A stretch of DNA of 63,289 bases, the filler included, from Choristocarpus tenellus KU-1152 (Eukaryota; Protista; Phaeophyceae): assembly GCA_964200185.2 (NCBI GenBank). It is 13 parts of 13 records of this genome, joined end to end, with 100 filler letters (N's around TTAATTAATTAA, not from the genome) between each part and the next. Parts side by side here need not be neighbours in the genome. Positions count along the whole stretch, not along the records: positions 21,697 to 29,054 come from CAXNAD020006276.1; positions 29,155 to 33,834 come from CAXNAD020013490.1; positions 33,935 to 36,841 come from CAXNAD020023746.1; positions 36,942 to 41,752 come from CAXNAD020012969.1; 9 more parts are not named here. One strand, written 5' to 3'. Below, in pieces: positions 24,700 to 37,992 of this stretch; the stretch's first letter is position 1; each line of letters starts with the position of its first letter. The position numbers and the translations under genes were made by a program. The notes under the pieces were generated by a model that saw nothing but the letters and a program-made list of their open reading frames with translations, was not told the origin of the DNA and made no database searches.

Positions 24700-26640
24700 C
24701 GCTAGACTCCTGCCATAACGGCAGCATCCTACTGTCCAATTCCTCTGTACCCAGTCGCACTAAGGCACAGTCAAAGAACGCCTCTCTTTCTTATGGAGAT
24801 CCTTCAAAAGGCTCACCCCCTGAGGTGGAAGCCCCAGAGTTAACAGAGCCTGCCAGTCGAGACACCTGCACTTGAGATTTATTACTATTATTTGCAGTGT
24901 TAGCTGCAGGACCCATCCTCAATATATGAGGTGTATTGGAGTTTAACAGCACTGCTTAATTAGTGGCACTGCCTACCCCAACCCCACCCCCAGGCACATT
25001 TGAAAACACTGCCGAAGAGTCATTGCCCATGCCAATGACTCCTTGCTCATCCCCACTACAGGACCCGGACTTCCCCCTCCAGAGTGGAGTTGATGCAGGG
25101 ACCACAGGAATTGATAGTGACAGTGAGATGACATCCTTTGAGGATGAACAGAGTGGGACTAAATACAAGCACAGGCCACCCGGAGTTGGTTTTGACAACT
25201 CCTCCATGCAAGTCATCCATGATGTATGTCATTATGTGTTGGGCTGTGCTAAAGCACTATTTTTGAGGACTTGAGTCACACAGGTAACTCATGAAGTACC
25301 CATTCTTCGAGGCCCAGGAGTCCCCGCACAAAAACCTCCCTAGATTTCATCTCTTAAAAAGTTGCTCTAACACATCCCATAAGACACATTCCAAACACAC
25401 ACTTACACAAGACACACATTGGTGTGGCACACACCACCTGTCATTATCCAGTCTACACTCTACAATGATATGACAGTGAAAAATGCAGGTCTCACACTCA
25501 AAGCAACCTAGATATCTGATTTGAAATCTCTGTGGCATATCCTGTTGGGATAGACAATTATTTACAACCCAAAAGATATGTTGCACAAAAGATATGTTGC
25601 ACAAAAAATATGCGCATTGGTTACTAGGCACTACAATTTGCCACCCCAATATATGCCTGACGATATGCGAAAATGATCCGATATACAGCACACCTCGCTG
25701 GATTGAAGAAATGCTTCAAAATCCATGCCCTGACCTTCAAAGCCCACGCCTCTTTATCAGGCGCTCTCAACACACCTCTCAGAACAAAAGACTCCCTAAC
25801 CATGGTAGGGTGCACAGTGCATGAGTATGTACTGCCTTTCAGTGTTTGATACGCACACTGCATCAGGATGCCTCTAACAGAGCAAATCGCGTGATAAAAT
25901 TCGACCCTTCTACCACACACACAGAGCAATTCCGCACGGCATGCTTCCTCTTCCACCTCCACCATGCAAAGTTCTGATTGCAGACACATCCTGATAATCG
26001 GGAAGGCTAGTGAGGGACAAGAGTATGGTTGTACCTTCATCCACGTCCAGACAGCCAGATCATTGCAAATCTACACTACTCATGGAAATTCCAAATCCAG
26101 AAACATCACCAGCTTGCCATATTCGACTCCGAAACCTGAACCACGTACTACACGGGTTGCCGATTGCCACGACTCGCTCTCCTCTCCATCCTTCTTTGGC
26201 GTTTGGTCCTCAATACCTGCTCCGCGCCACTTTCCTCTCCTTAGTGTGCATTCCTTTTCTCTTCTTCCTTCCCACATCTGTGCATCTCTCTTTCTCCGCC
26301 AGGGTGTGACTCACCCAACTAAAAGCATCTAAGCCCCTCACATGCAAGAGACCTCATGTTCCAAACAATAGTCATCTGGTACGACTAAGCAATGCACACC
26401 TACCTGATATACGACTTCGATTGATCCTTCCAGCAGACAATAGCAACCAAGGGTCGACAATCAAACCAAACAATTGCCCAAACTGTCATTCACTCATCAT
26501 CATCCATTATCACTTTCGACACTTCCTACTAAGCGTCAATGGCGTGACCAAATCATCTCCTATGTCGTTCTCCCTTGCGATATCTCACCTTCCTCGCCGT
26601 GAACAAGGCTGTCCTTCGCCGGCCTTGTTCTAACACAACA
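24700..26640 (-). mobile_element. Decayed Copia-like gag/protease/pre-integrase fragment
   Basis: VLRGVLRAPD, then H-x-x-x-H ... CETC spacing reminiscent of the Copia GAG-pre-integrase region; heavily degenerate. Confidence 0.35.
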
Positions 26641-27339
26641 GAGATCAGCTCCGCCGAATACGGATATCCCCTTCCTTCCTCACCTGTAGCCTCGAGCCCG
26701 CAAGGGTGACCTCCAAAGGAAAATCTATACTAATTCCTCACCCCTTTCCTCTTCGTAAGGACAGTCTATGTTTGCGGGGTCCTCGCAAACCTTTGCACCA
26801 TATTCCTGCCAACAGCTTTCATATACCCTCCACATATCCCGTGAGGACGACGGAACTCACACCGTGCCAGTTGGGTGTCAGGTTTGCATCCTCCACCCTC
26901 CTAAAATCCCATCACCTCTCAGGCAACCAGCCAGAACTGTGTGGAGCCGTTTCCAAAAGGAATCTGGAACAGATTATCAACAATACCTAACACCACTCAA
27001 TAGATTTTTCGGGGCACAACCAAAAGCCAAGTTGCGATCACAAGAAATTGTGGTCAAGTCAAGTCCGACACTTTCTATCTTTCGTGCAAGGGGTTTATAG
27101 TACTTCGAAGTATTATTGACAGTATTATCAAGTTATTTATTTGGAGTCTTCACAATGGGTTTGCCTCCATCATTACTTAACCAATTCATCATCGAAGTAC
27201 TAAAGTTCTAAAGTAAAACTAGAGATAGGCACCTCACTAAATTGCATCTGTACTTACCACTACCACTACACCGCACTGTTGTACAATACAGCACTTGGCC
27301 TACGGCCATCTTCCAGCATTACATGTCATCCTGTTGACT

Positions 27340-27900
27340 GTTTAAAAGCAGGAAGTTGGCGCCAAAGCGCGGTCTCTGGAAATGTTCCAAGAAGGACCGC
27401 ACGGACTGTGACAACTAGGGGGACATCTCATTGGTACCACACGCTGGCAAAGTTCTCGTCAAAGGTGTTGCATGGAAGTTGGGGGATTTTACCTGCAATG
27501 GGAGAACACCCTTCTTCATGAGGAACAATAGTGTTGTTTTCTGGTCCCGACTCTCCACCACCACAGTGAGTCGACATGATGTACTCCATACGTGCCCTCC
27601 AAGAGCTTGGGCCGGAAAAGCATGTAACCCTCTTCATTTCTTTGATCGGCCTGTAGAAAGTACATGATTGACTCTTTTGATAGAGATCTCTCCTGTTTAT
27701 GCATGGGTTGTGCTGACCAAACTTGGCGTACCTCCAAAAAGATTTCTGTCATCTTCCAATTCCATGATGATGGTACGAGGGCATGTGTTGGCAGGGATGA
27801 TGGTAACTGCTCAGAGTCGTTCGAGGGTGGACAGGGCCTTTAGCAGGGATGTGCTCTTGCCCTGATCCTCCTCAACTTCTTTTTCACTGAAGTGCTAAGG
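27340..27900 (-). mobile_element. Decayed RT fragment, possibly RLE/CRE-type non-LTR element
   Basis: Frameshifted remnants FSEKEVEE, FRPKLLE..YGV, HEEG and CNTFD (N-A-F-N-like) in the expected order. Confidence 0.35.
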
Positions 27901-29154
27901 CTGTGGAATATAGGTGGTCCAGAAGAGTGCCTTCTATACTTAGTATGTCCTAATACATACATGGACACAGTAGTGCCATTTTTCTCCAATTACACGTGGT
28001 TAATTTGAAATATCTGATTGTTGATTTGACATCAGGATGGAAACAGCTCCCAAGGCAATATATGGTTTTGCCGCAAGTGACATGTCGGATTCTTGCAATT
28101 TTTGACGGTCTAGAAATACACTCATATATTATCCATGGCAAATAGAAGTGGATGTGAGTCGATACAAGCTTTTTATCGCTGGCTCCAATTCATTTCATGA
28201 TAGTCCTCGCACCAACGCCATATTGCTCCACTTTGTTGACTTGATTCATCTTGTGTCCAGTGTTAGCAAGTCGAGCGCTTTGCCTTTCTGTGCCAAAGAT
28301 TATAGTTTACATTTATTGGCGCTACCTCTGACGAGTCCTTATGCTTCCCCTAGCGCTTTGTCGTGCTGGACTTTCGACAACGCACCGCCCCCAACCTTGT
28401 TGGCAGCACTTTCCCCCAAACTTGACCCCGTGGCAGACAACTGTAATTTGTTGACGACAAGAAGGCCGTTTCTAGTTCGAGGAGATGAAGTCCTTGAAAC
28501 AACAATAGGCTCTCCTTACCGGTGGCCTCTTCACTATTCTCTGCACTCCTCGGGAGTGTGGCAATCAAAACACAGCACAGTCTCTTCGTTTCAACAACCC
28601 CGTTGAGATACTCGGTTCTACAAATTCCTGAAGTTGATGTGTCACACCGACATTTATGCCCAATGAAGTGTTGTGATCTCCGTGTGACAGAAGGAATCGG
28701 ACAGAGTCCTTTTGTTGGGCACAGTAAGGTCAAATTGTGCAGGTTATAGATGGGGAGGACACTGCTTTGGTGTATATAGGACAACAAAGCAGGTCCTCAC
28801 CTCCCTTGGTATGGCATGTCTGTCCTTGTTAAGTCGTGCCTGTCCACGTCAGGAGGCATGTGTTAGAGTATCCCCTCCCCGATAATACCTAAAACATTTT
28901 ATTTCTTAGGGCACAAAATCGAGAATGACATTTGACCAAGCCAAAATGGTATGATGAGGGGGGTTGGCAGCTTGTTAGCGGATGTGTAGAATCCCAAGTC
29001 TTGATATTGAAATATGTAGATAAATTCCTTCTCAGTTATGTTGTAGTGGGTAGANNNNNNNNNNNNNNNNNNNNNNNNNNNNNNNNNNNNNNNNNNNNTT
29101 AATTAATTAANNNNNNNNNNNNNNNNNNNNNNNNNNNNNNNNNNNNNNNNNNNN

Positions 29155-32100
29155 TTCGAGGTTGAGGTGGGGTGGACGTGGGTGGGGTTGTCGGTTCGGC
29201 GCACAGTATGGCCGTAACGGTTTCCCAGCACTTGGGACCCATCGCCGCTGCTGGGCACCGAATGGGCGTTTGGGGATATTCCCCGAACACTCCCCCAAGA
29301 CGTGGACTCTGAGTCCGTGCCTGAGCGCCCACCCACGTTGTCCTCTACAAGCTCCTCTAGATCTGACAAAGCCTTGGAAATGGGTCGGTCCCCATCGCCT
29401 TCAGAGTCATGAACCGAGGGGGTGTGATCGTATGCCTACCCCTTGTTGGAGTCCTGGTTCCCGTACCTACTGCAAGGCTAGGCAATGCATTATCTTGTTC
29501 CTCTTCGTCACCTGATGTGGGTTGGGTCTTACGCAAGGTATAGGCGTGGATACGCCACCAGCTACGGTGTCTTCATCAGTTGAAAATTGCGGAAGGCAGA
29601 GAGTTGGTCCATGAAGAGCTTGAGACGATCTGGATCTAGGTTGTTTCCGAGGGCGGTGTATGTGATCACGACGCCTCCTGGTCGGGTCTGGAGAAGCGCG
29701 AATTCTCTCTCATGAGCGGCGTTCGTATCGGACCCGAACTTGTCAAGGTCGTGCTCGGACGTGTCGTTTTTGTCCGGCGTGATGAGGATGTTTATGACCC
29801 GTGTAATCTCTGTGATGGTGGAGGAGTGGGCAAAGAACATGGCAAAGTACGGGTCAAAACGACGGGGGAAGGTATTAGAGCGTTAGGAAGCAGGGGATAG
29901 TATGGAGGTTGGTGAGAACAAGTGAGGGAGGCAGGATACAGAGGAGGAGGCAGGGGCTGAGGAAAAGATGGATGGGTTGGAGTACTTACGGTTCGTTAAA
30001 CTTGGGGGGATTATTCGAGCCCATTACACAGGAGACGAACAGGGCTGGTAACATATGGTGAAGAGGATGTATATAGGACTAGCGTGTAACCGCGACATAA
30101 TTTGCCTTCTTTTGCCGGGTTCTCTCGATCAGTACGACACAGCGAAAGTATAAATCAGTCTCTTCGACGAGCAACTTCGCAACATATATAAAACTGGAGA
30201 ACCCTGTGACCATGTTCGTTGTGAAACTGTAAATTGTCGGTAAGATCTGTGAGAGTCTAGGTTGTGTGTTTGGTGTAGGTAACCATGTTTGGATGTTAAC
30301 GTATGGCGATGTTGTTCAATGATATAATTGCTTGTCTGTGTGTTTGTCACTGCTGTTGAGGGTTACGACTTCAGAGTATTTGACGATGTCCAGGAATTTT
30401 GTACCCTCCTCGACATCCTCCCTCAACACGAGGTCCCTCTTCACCTGTGGGTGTTAGGGGGTTGCATTAATGTGCGCTACCAGGGCGTTTATTGTGATGT
30501 GTCTTCATACAAACTGAAATACGGTGGAGAGATGAGACGGTCAACCTCAGACTGAGTCGATTACCTTGTCGCTGAGGATGTGTTTTTTCTTTGGAGGACC
30601 CTCTTCTGAAGACCCTGCTGAGGAGTCATCGGCGTTGGGGTCTATCCTGAGCTCGTCTTTCCTTTTTAGGTCCTTCATGACTTGCATGGCGACCTCCAGG
30701 ACAGCCCCCTTGATGAGGACATCCTTGGAGTGCATAAGTCTGCTGCATGCCAGTCTGACATTCGAGGGTTGAGATGCCCACTCCTCCTCCGCCTGGGCAG
30801 CAGACACCGGGTCTGGATCACCGACCCCTGGTCTGTTCTTCTTCCCCTTTCCTCTTGTTTACTTCTTTCCTTTTTCCTGGTCGGCCGGGGGTCGTTTGTT
30901 CCGGACGCCCCTTAGAGTGTGGGAGAACTGTCATGGAGAAGCACGTGGGTAGTGGAAAGGTAAGGCACATGCATGACATGGGTGTTTGCCTCGCGAGGCG
31001 CGAACTAGACGGTACACGTTGCTGCTGTTGCAGGGCCAGCAGTGGGGTAAATGCATATACATCCATATGGTTACTTTAATCGTCATGGTCAAAGATTGAC
31101 TTACCTATTCCAATGGAAACGTCTCCGTCCCGACAACATACGTCAACGCGAGCGCATCTGTAGGGAGTCTATTGGCTGCCTGCTGCTCTGAGAAGACATG
31201 CGCAGCCACTTCAACAATGTTGCGCCAGCGATGGCCTTGGGGGGTCTCCCCTCTGAGGATGGGTAGTCCGACTCCAGCGAGGAAATCAGTGCACATCCTT
31301 GTGATATATTGCTCCTTGACCTTGTTTGTGAGCTACACATATGTACATCAAGTGCGGGTTGGTGTGTCGTTATGAGACTGGTAAAGAATGATAAGCTCTG
31401 AGGATGTGGATGATTTATGGCTAACAGTGCATTGATCATCAGAGAAGGGTTGCCAGGGGATGCGCGTAGCACAGCAGAACCCTACGAGCTTAGGCTTCGT
31501 TGGAAACTGATGGCCTTTACCGTTCGACAAAGCACATCAAATTCCTTCATTATTGCCTGCCCCATGTCAATTGTGGCGTCGTGCGGGGACAGCATAATTG
31601 GGAATGTTTAACCCACCTTAAACCTGTAGGCGTGTGTGAACCCCGCCCAGTTCTTGATGGATTCGATGGCGGTATCCAGGTTAGCTACCACAGGACAGTG
31701 AACATGTGAACCGCTCTAAAGTCGGATTTGTCCTAGTAAGGTGCGCGCTTGGTGTGTGGAGAATAAGGTGACATGGTCAGGACAGAAGAACGTGGGAGCG
31801 GGAGTGGGTCCGTTGGTTGACCGCGTATTTCATAAGGTCTATAGCGATACACATGTATAAGAGGTCAATTCAAGCTCAATATGCGAAGGTAGGGGTTACT
31901 ATGGTGTTGTTGGAGTGTTAGTGGTGGTGTATTGGATGTAAAAATGTGGGGATGGCTGCACCACACTTACCGTTGACCTGTCGCAATTCTTGTGCTCTCT
32001 CCACACACTGAGAAGGATCTGCTCCAGTCCTTTTGTCTCTGGTGGAACATAATGAGGGGAAGAAAGGGATCGGGTTGGTTGGATCGCCGACGCGGAATTA

Positions 32101-33374
32101 ATATGGGTATGGGCGACGAAAAGTAGGGGATGCTTCACAATCGTTTCACAAACGTTTCACGAATCGGTTCCTGTAGAAGGAGCCGTGAGAACCTCACCTT
32201 CTCCCGCGCATATGTAGACCAAGGGTGGCGATCGCATTGAAGAACTGGACGGAGATTTGGTCGGTGAGTCTACTCATCCCGCTTTCCATGTGTGTGTCTT
32301 CCCAAGCTTCTTCGAGGAATGCCTTTATCTTGGCAGCTACCATCCTCTTAATAGCCGCCTGTAACGCGGCATCCGTACTCCAGAGGTCTACGAGCCAAAG
32401 TATAGCATATACACTTTCCCTACTCCGAACATTTTGGAGTAGGAAAATGTCATAAAAGAACCCATGGGAAGCCAAGCCCCAAATGGACAAAGAGGGAAAA
32501 ACTCGTGCTCTCTAAGATACTTTCATTCTATGTCACCTAGACAATACCGCTTGCACTTGGTGACCAATGTCGCCATACGCATGCAACGATCAGAGTCCTC
32601 ATCCGCTTCCCGGACGTAGGGGTGAGACTTGTCGCATCTGAAGTCGCGCCTATACTCCAGGATAGCGACAACCCAAGACACCATCCAATGAAATATGTCT
32701 AGGATGTTTGGTACGTGCGATCTGCTGGCTGCAACGCTCTCTCCTATGGAGATTGATTCAGTCTTTTCCCGACTGCACTGCGGATATATCTTCCACTTGA
32801 AGGTCCTGCAGTGTCCACTTTGGAGGTTTACCCCTACTTCCGAGGCCCATGGCATTGTCACATGGGCCGGGGGGTTGATACCACGTGGGATATTCTCCTC
32901 CCTGGCGACACAGTCGATTGTCCTCAACACCATTATGCGGTGTTGTCCATTGAGGTAAAACAGGAGGTTGCTATTGTCCTCTGTATCCCTATCGTCACTA
33001 TCCTGGTCCATGCCCAGGTTGCCATTGACAATGTACCTTTTTCGAATTAGTTCGCCGTGGGGCACACCAGAGGGCACGTTTCCCCTGCGCATGTCGACTT
33101 CGAAGTCCGTAATGGTTTTCCACCTCGCGCACATTGAAAACGGTTGCCCACTCAGCATCCCCGTGAGCCTATCGGCGGCGATCTGTGAATCCGGCCCCAG
33201 CTTCGCCAACATGGCCTCCACTCTACCGTTGTTCAGAAGGTTCGCATTATACTTCTGTGTCAAGAAGACAGACGTGGCGAGGTCCAGTCCATCGTACACG
33301 TCATGCTGAGGTTGGATGTGACAAGCTCGGTGGTCTTTTTGCGTTCATCCTTTTTTGGGCCTGAGGCCGGCTGT
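29155..33374 (-). pseudogene. Multi-exon ParB/DGQHR-like gene, decayed and MITE-interrupted
   Basis: 258-aa ORF 33299-32523 contains LFYLNGQHRIMVLR and TFKWKIY...; the frame continues after MITE removal into 32388-32198. Further GT-AG bounded exons near 32040-31970, 31730-31620, 31400-31105, 30920-30565, 30444-30320 and 29860-29560, with scattered stops. Confidence 0.6.
32392..32528. mobile_element. PIF/Harbinger-like MITE family C, internally deleted (137 bp)
   Basis: Minus strand closely matches 11583-11710 and keeps the other end (ATACTTTGGCTC); flanked by TAC/TAT, a degenerate 3-bp TSD. Confidence 0.8.
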
Positions 33375-34349
33375 CTGTGAACGTAGAGGGGAGAATGTCA
33401 GGACAACGGTATCAGGTAAGGAGAACGATATAGACGTGGGGTGGAGGATATTGTCAGCCCAGCACAGGAAGGGTGTGCTTGTACGAACAGTGATTGACTA
33501 TGTTATTAATGATGAGGGGATTTGTACGGAGTGCACGAGGTTCGTGTCCATGTGTGGGCTATGCAAACACGATATGAAAAGGGTGTAGTGATGCTGTGGA
33601 CATGAACACGGCTTAGCGCCTTCCTCGAAGGCCGCTATTTAGTAAAAAAAAATGGAGCACAATTTTATGCTTGACATATGGCAGACAGTGATGAGTGAGT
33701 TTCATGTGTTCTGACGAATGGTAAAGGTCATCAATATCCAAGGCGCGGCGAAATTGTTGAGGGGGGGGGGGGGGGGGGGGTTTCAAAAAGAAAAAAGGGG
33801 GGGGGAAAAAAAACTGTAAACTTAAAAAAAAAAANNNNNNNNNNNNNNNNNNNNNNNNNNNNNNNNNNNNNNNNNNNNTTAATTAATTAANNNNNNNNNN
33901 NNNNNNNNNNNNNNNNNNNNNNNNNNNNNNNNNNATTTTGAAAGGGTTAGGGGGGAATTGTTGGGGGGGGGGGGGGGGGGGGGCTGGTGGTGGATAGGTA
34001 TTTTGGCAGCAGTGTGATTGGTTGTGTTCCACTCATGTACATTTGAGTGAAGGTCTAGGTAGACCTTGATGCAATGGTTGATTGAACTCATGTGTATGGT
34101 GCCTGATCGGGGTAGTGTTGGTGTTCCTGGTTTGCTACAGGGCAAGGGAGGCACATGGTTTCTTGGTTGGTAGTTGTGTGTCCCTTGGAATTATGGTTGT
34201 TACTGTAGCACCTTGTCCAAACTAGTCTGATCCAAATCACTCAATGTATTGCTTGAAGGATTGCTTGGATACTTACACACACTCATATGAAATCATGCAT
34301 TATAGTACAGTTGAGTATGTTAGTGTGTACTTGACCTTCATTTTGGGGG

Positions 34350-34394
<45 letters not shown>

Positions 34395-36768
34395 TGAATG
34401 GGGTGTTGGAGGGGTAAAAAGTGTTTCCAAGGTGTAAGGCATTGAATTTTCAGGGCAGAAGGTGTTATTTGTCCTCTTTTGTTTGGTGCTCTGGGGTTGG
34501 ATTACCTTTTGGTGTCTGTTTGGGTGAAGGTTGTTCAATATTCATACGATGCACATGTTGGAGTTGGAGTCTTCAGCAAGAAGGGTGGAGGGCTTAGGGT
34601 TGAAGGAAGGAAAGGGAAAGGTTGCTCGGAGTTGTAGGTGTGAGGCAGGGAAGGGATTATTTGGAGGAGGAAGGGACCCAAGGAGACTGAGATGAAGGAG
34701 GGGGGGTAATGAGTTGATGAGTTAGTATAGGCAGGAGGTTGGGTGAGTAAATGGAGGAAGGTTGAATTGTTTTTCGGTAGGATGGAGCCTGTTGTGCGTT
34801 GGCATGGTGTTGCTTCTCAGTAGGCTGTTCACTTCCATCTTTCTTTTTGGACTTTTCCCTTCCCCCTCCCCCCCTCTGCCTTCTGTGCCATGCTTGGGTG
34901 TTTATTCTGTTAAAAACCTATTGTTATGGCAGACACGTGTTTACACTGTGAGTGTATGTGTGGAGCTGTTACTGTGACTTGGTACATAGCACCTTGTCTT
35001 TGCTCCACCGGGTGGCGGTGGGGTCCCTCCCATGATGTGTGTGACTAAGGATGGGAGTGTGTAGCTGCACACATGCTGGTGCACACATAGATTTAAGTAC
35101 ATACGTATGTCCGTGTAGGTTCCTTGACTTGGACTTGTGACTTCCTTGTCGTACCAAAATGGTTAAAGGTGGTGTAGTTCGGAAAGGGGTATTTCATTTG
35201 ACGGAAGGGGGGGGTGCAGGGTTCAGTTTGAAATATAGGTAGTGTGGGCATGGTGATGATGGGAAGAAGTGGAGGCAGGGGCGGGGTAGGTGAGGTAGCG
35301 GAAGGAGTAATAGGCGTGCAGGTGATCTTCGAGGGTTTCAGGGGAGTGTAGGAGGTGAAGAAGAAAATGGAGCTGGACGGTCTTGAGGAGGTGTTTTTCC
35401 TTGGTGGTAGTTATTATTGCAGCTCTTTATATTAATGACTTAATCAATTTATAAAGAAGAGATTGATCATTATGATGCCCCTTGGACTGATCGTCACATG
35501 CAGTAATAAAATTAATAATAATAGTGACACCTCTTTTGGAAGTCAATTTCGGGTGGTGGCAGGTTGAGAACTACTTGCCTCACTACGAAGATGTTTTAAG
35601 ATATAATTGTGATGTGAGCAGTGGAATATTAGTTCACAGATTAAAGAAATCCTACATTTTGGTTCCCTCCCTAGTAGTGTATGGGTGTATCTATTCTGTG
35701 TCTATCTCTCTGGTTTGCCAGATGATGAATTGTGATAACCAGCTGTGAGTCCTCTCCCTTCCTTGCCTTGGTCCAATTATTGCTGACAAGGAAAAACATG
35801 ATGACTTACTCACCAAATAAGAAGATGAATTGTTGTATTTATTTTTCTTACGAACATATTATCATTTTTTTCATGTTTCGGAACATGTTGCGAAATAATG
35901 AGGAAAGATGGAAGAATATTTTTATTATCTTTAAGGGCTATTTTCTTGTTAGATAAACGTCTCTCCTATAGTATTGTATTAAATGTGACCATCACTAAGA
36001 ACTCTTATTTGTTAGCAAGAGAGGGAACATACCATGTTCCCTGTACACTTAACATTCGAATGTGACAGTCTAAAACAGCACGTTTTTGGGGAGGGTACGA
36101 AAGTATTGTCTCGCCCACCACAGATTAAACCCACTCCTCAACGAGGTGTTACTAGCAAGAGGGCAATTTCCATGCAAGTTTATTCAAAGAAGAATTGAAT
36201 CGCTACTACTTTTTTATATTATTGAACTCTTCACGTTAGTCTAAGAAGGGACTATTTATTATGATCTGCGAAAACTCTTTAACTCTCAAACATTACCTAC
36301 TCTTAACTAACTCGTGGTGTACGACAATAAATTGTACTATCAAAATATAGAACGGAGTATGTATACCCTTGAATACTTCTTGTATGACACGTGATTATGA
36401 AGACAACAGGAATGGGTCCAGACTGTTATGCTAGAGGACTAGATGTGTTTTATTTTTAGCAATTGGAGTTGAAGCGTTGATCAGAAATCGGGGGTAAGGA
36501 ACACTTCTGCATAACGTATTCTGGAGTATTTGTACGTTGGACAAAGTTAGGTGTCTATTGGACTACATTTTAAAAACCAAGGGGGGAAGAGGTAGACTTT
36601 CCCACAACATGGAGGACTAATCCCTACCTCATCTATCTGGAGTTAGGTAACTACCACGCCTAAAATACAAGCAAGGGAAGATAACATATCCCTTGGCAAC
36701 AGTCATCCTGACAAGCTAGTTATCACCACTCTTTAAATTCTATGCCTAGTTTGAACAAGAGCAGAGAT

Positions 36769-36841
36769 GACCCAAAGTATCTGGGAGGGGGGGAGGGTCT
36801 ACACCAGGGTGTCCATTTCGACCAAAATCAGGAAAAGTGCA
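36769..36841. mobile_element. MITE family A, partial (contig end)
   Basis: GACCCAAAGTATCTGG..G-run..GTCTACACCAGGGTGTCCATTT matches the other copies. Confidence 0.8.
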
Positions 36842-36942
36842 NNNNNNNNNNNNNNNNNNNNNNNNNNNNNNNNNNNNNNNNNNNNTTAATTAATTAANNN
36901 NNNNNNNNNNNNNNNNNNNNNNNNNNNNNNNNNNNNNNNNNC

Positions 36943-37467
36943 TTACATGATTACTCAGTTGGAGGAGGAAGACAGGGGGGGGGTGTTTATGAATGCACTG
37001 AAGGTGCTACAGAGCCAGGAGTTGAGAAATGGCACTCTCTGGGTGATAAGAAGAAGCAACAACACGAGGAGCAGGGTCAATGGCTGTGGCACAGCCGAGG
37101 CTTGCTGGTTCCAGAAGTTGGGTGGCTGGAGGCTGCCTTGACAGTACGGCACATCCTTGAGGAAGAGGGACTACAGCATTTTGGGTCCCACAAGAGAGTG
37201 ACCTCTCCCATAGTGGGTTCAAGGGAGATAGGACAAACAGCACCTGCAGGGGTAGCAGACAAGTGGTTGACCGGCCTGGGTTTGGCCGCGCAGAGAGCTT
37301 TACTTCGAGCTCTGTTACCACTGAGGGGAAGGCACAATGGGGTTCGCACTGTGCATCATGCTCGGGGAGATGGAAACTGGGCAGCACTTGCTCTAGAGCT
37401 AGAGCTGGAAGGGCGCTATCATGAGTCTGCCTCCGCTCGACTGCGGGGAGTTGTTTGCCTTGTACAG
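36943..37467 (+). CDS. Uncharacterised protein, penultimate exon (5' truncated)
   Basis: Frame open from the contig start to CAG|gtgagt; phase 0 matches the next exon. Confidence 0.6.
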
Positions 37468-37992
37468 GTGAGTGCGGATGGCTGTAACAGCAGAATCATT
37501 GCACAGTTGTGGGACTCCTGGCCTATCTATCTGTGAGTGACCATTGCTTCTCAAGGAACGGGAATGGGTACCCCAGGGAGGGCCAAAGTGAGAGGAATAG
37601 GGCAGAAAGAGTTTGTGATGGCTCAGCTACAGAGAACTTTTGTCCTCATCGTGCTTGGTACGGGTGTGAACATGATTTGTATGATCTCCACTGTCCTGGA
37701 AAAATTTGCCGTAGTAGTCCCTTGGTGGGTACAGTTACAGTGACTGTAACTACTTATGCAGGAACCCCGCTCCAACGGTGGTCAATTTCTGCGGTGGCCA
37801 TTATTCAAACCTCTTCCCAATGTGGCCCGACACAACTTTGCTCCTTTTTTTTTGTCTTCACTTGCACTGGTCTATAGCCCCTCCCCCAATGCCCTCCAAA
37901 ATTTCTCACTTTACATCTTGCTGTACCACTTATCACTTCTTGCTTTGTAAACGGCACTATTTTCTGTCCCTTTGGTGGATAAACTGGAAAAG

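Noticed and set aside
30516-30545. VDRLISPPYF, resembling the N4C/N6A methyltransferase catalytic motif
   Set aside because: It lies in a stop-bounded frame inside a well-formed 120-nt intron (AAG|gtaatc at 30564, ctaac branch, cacag at 30445), so it is probably chance.
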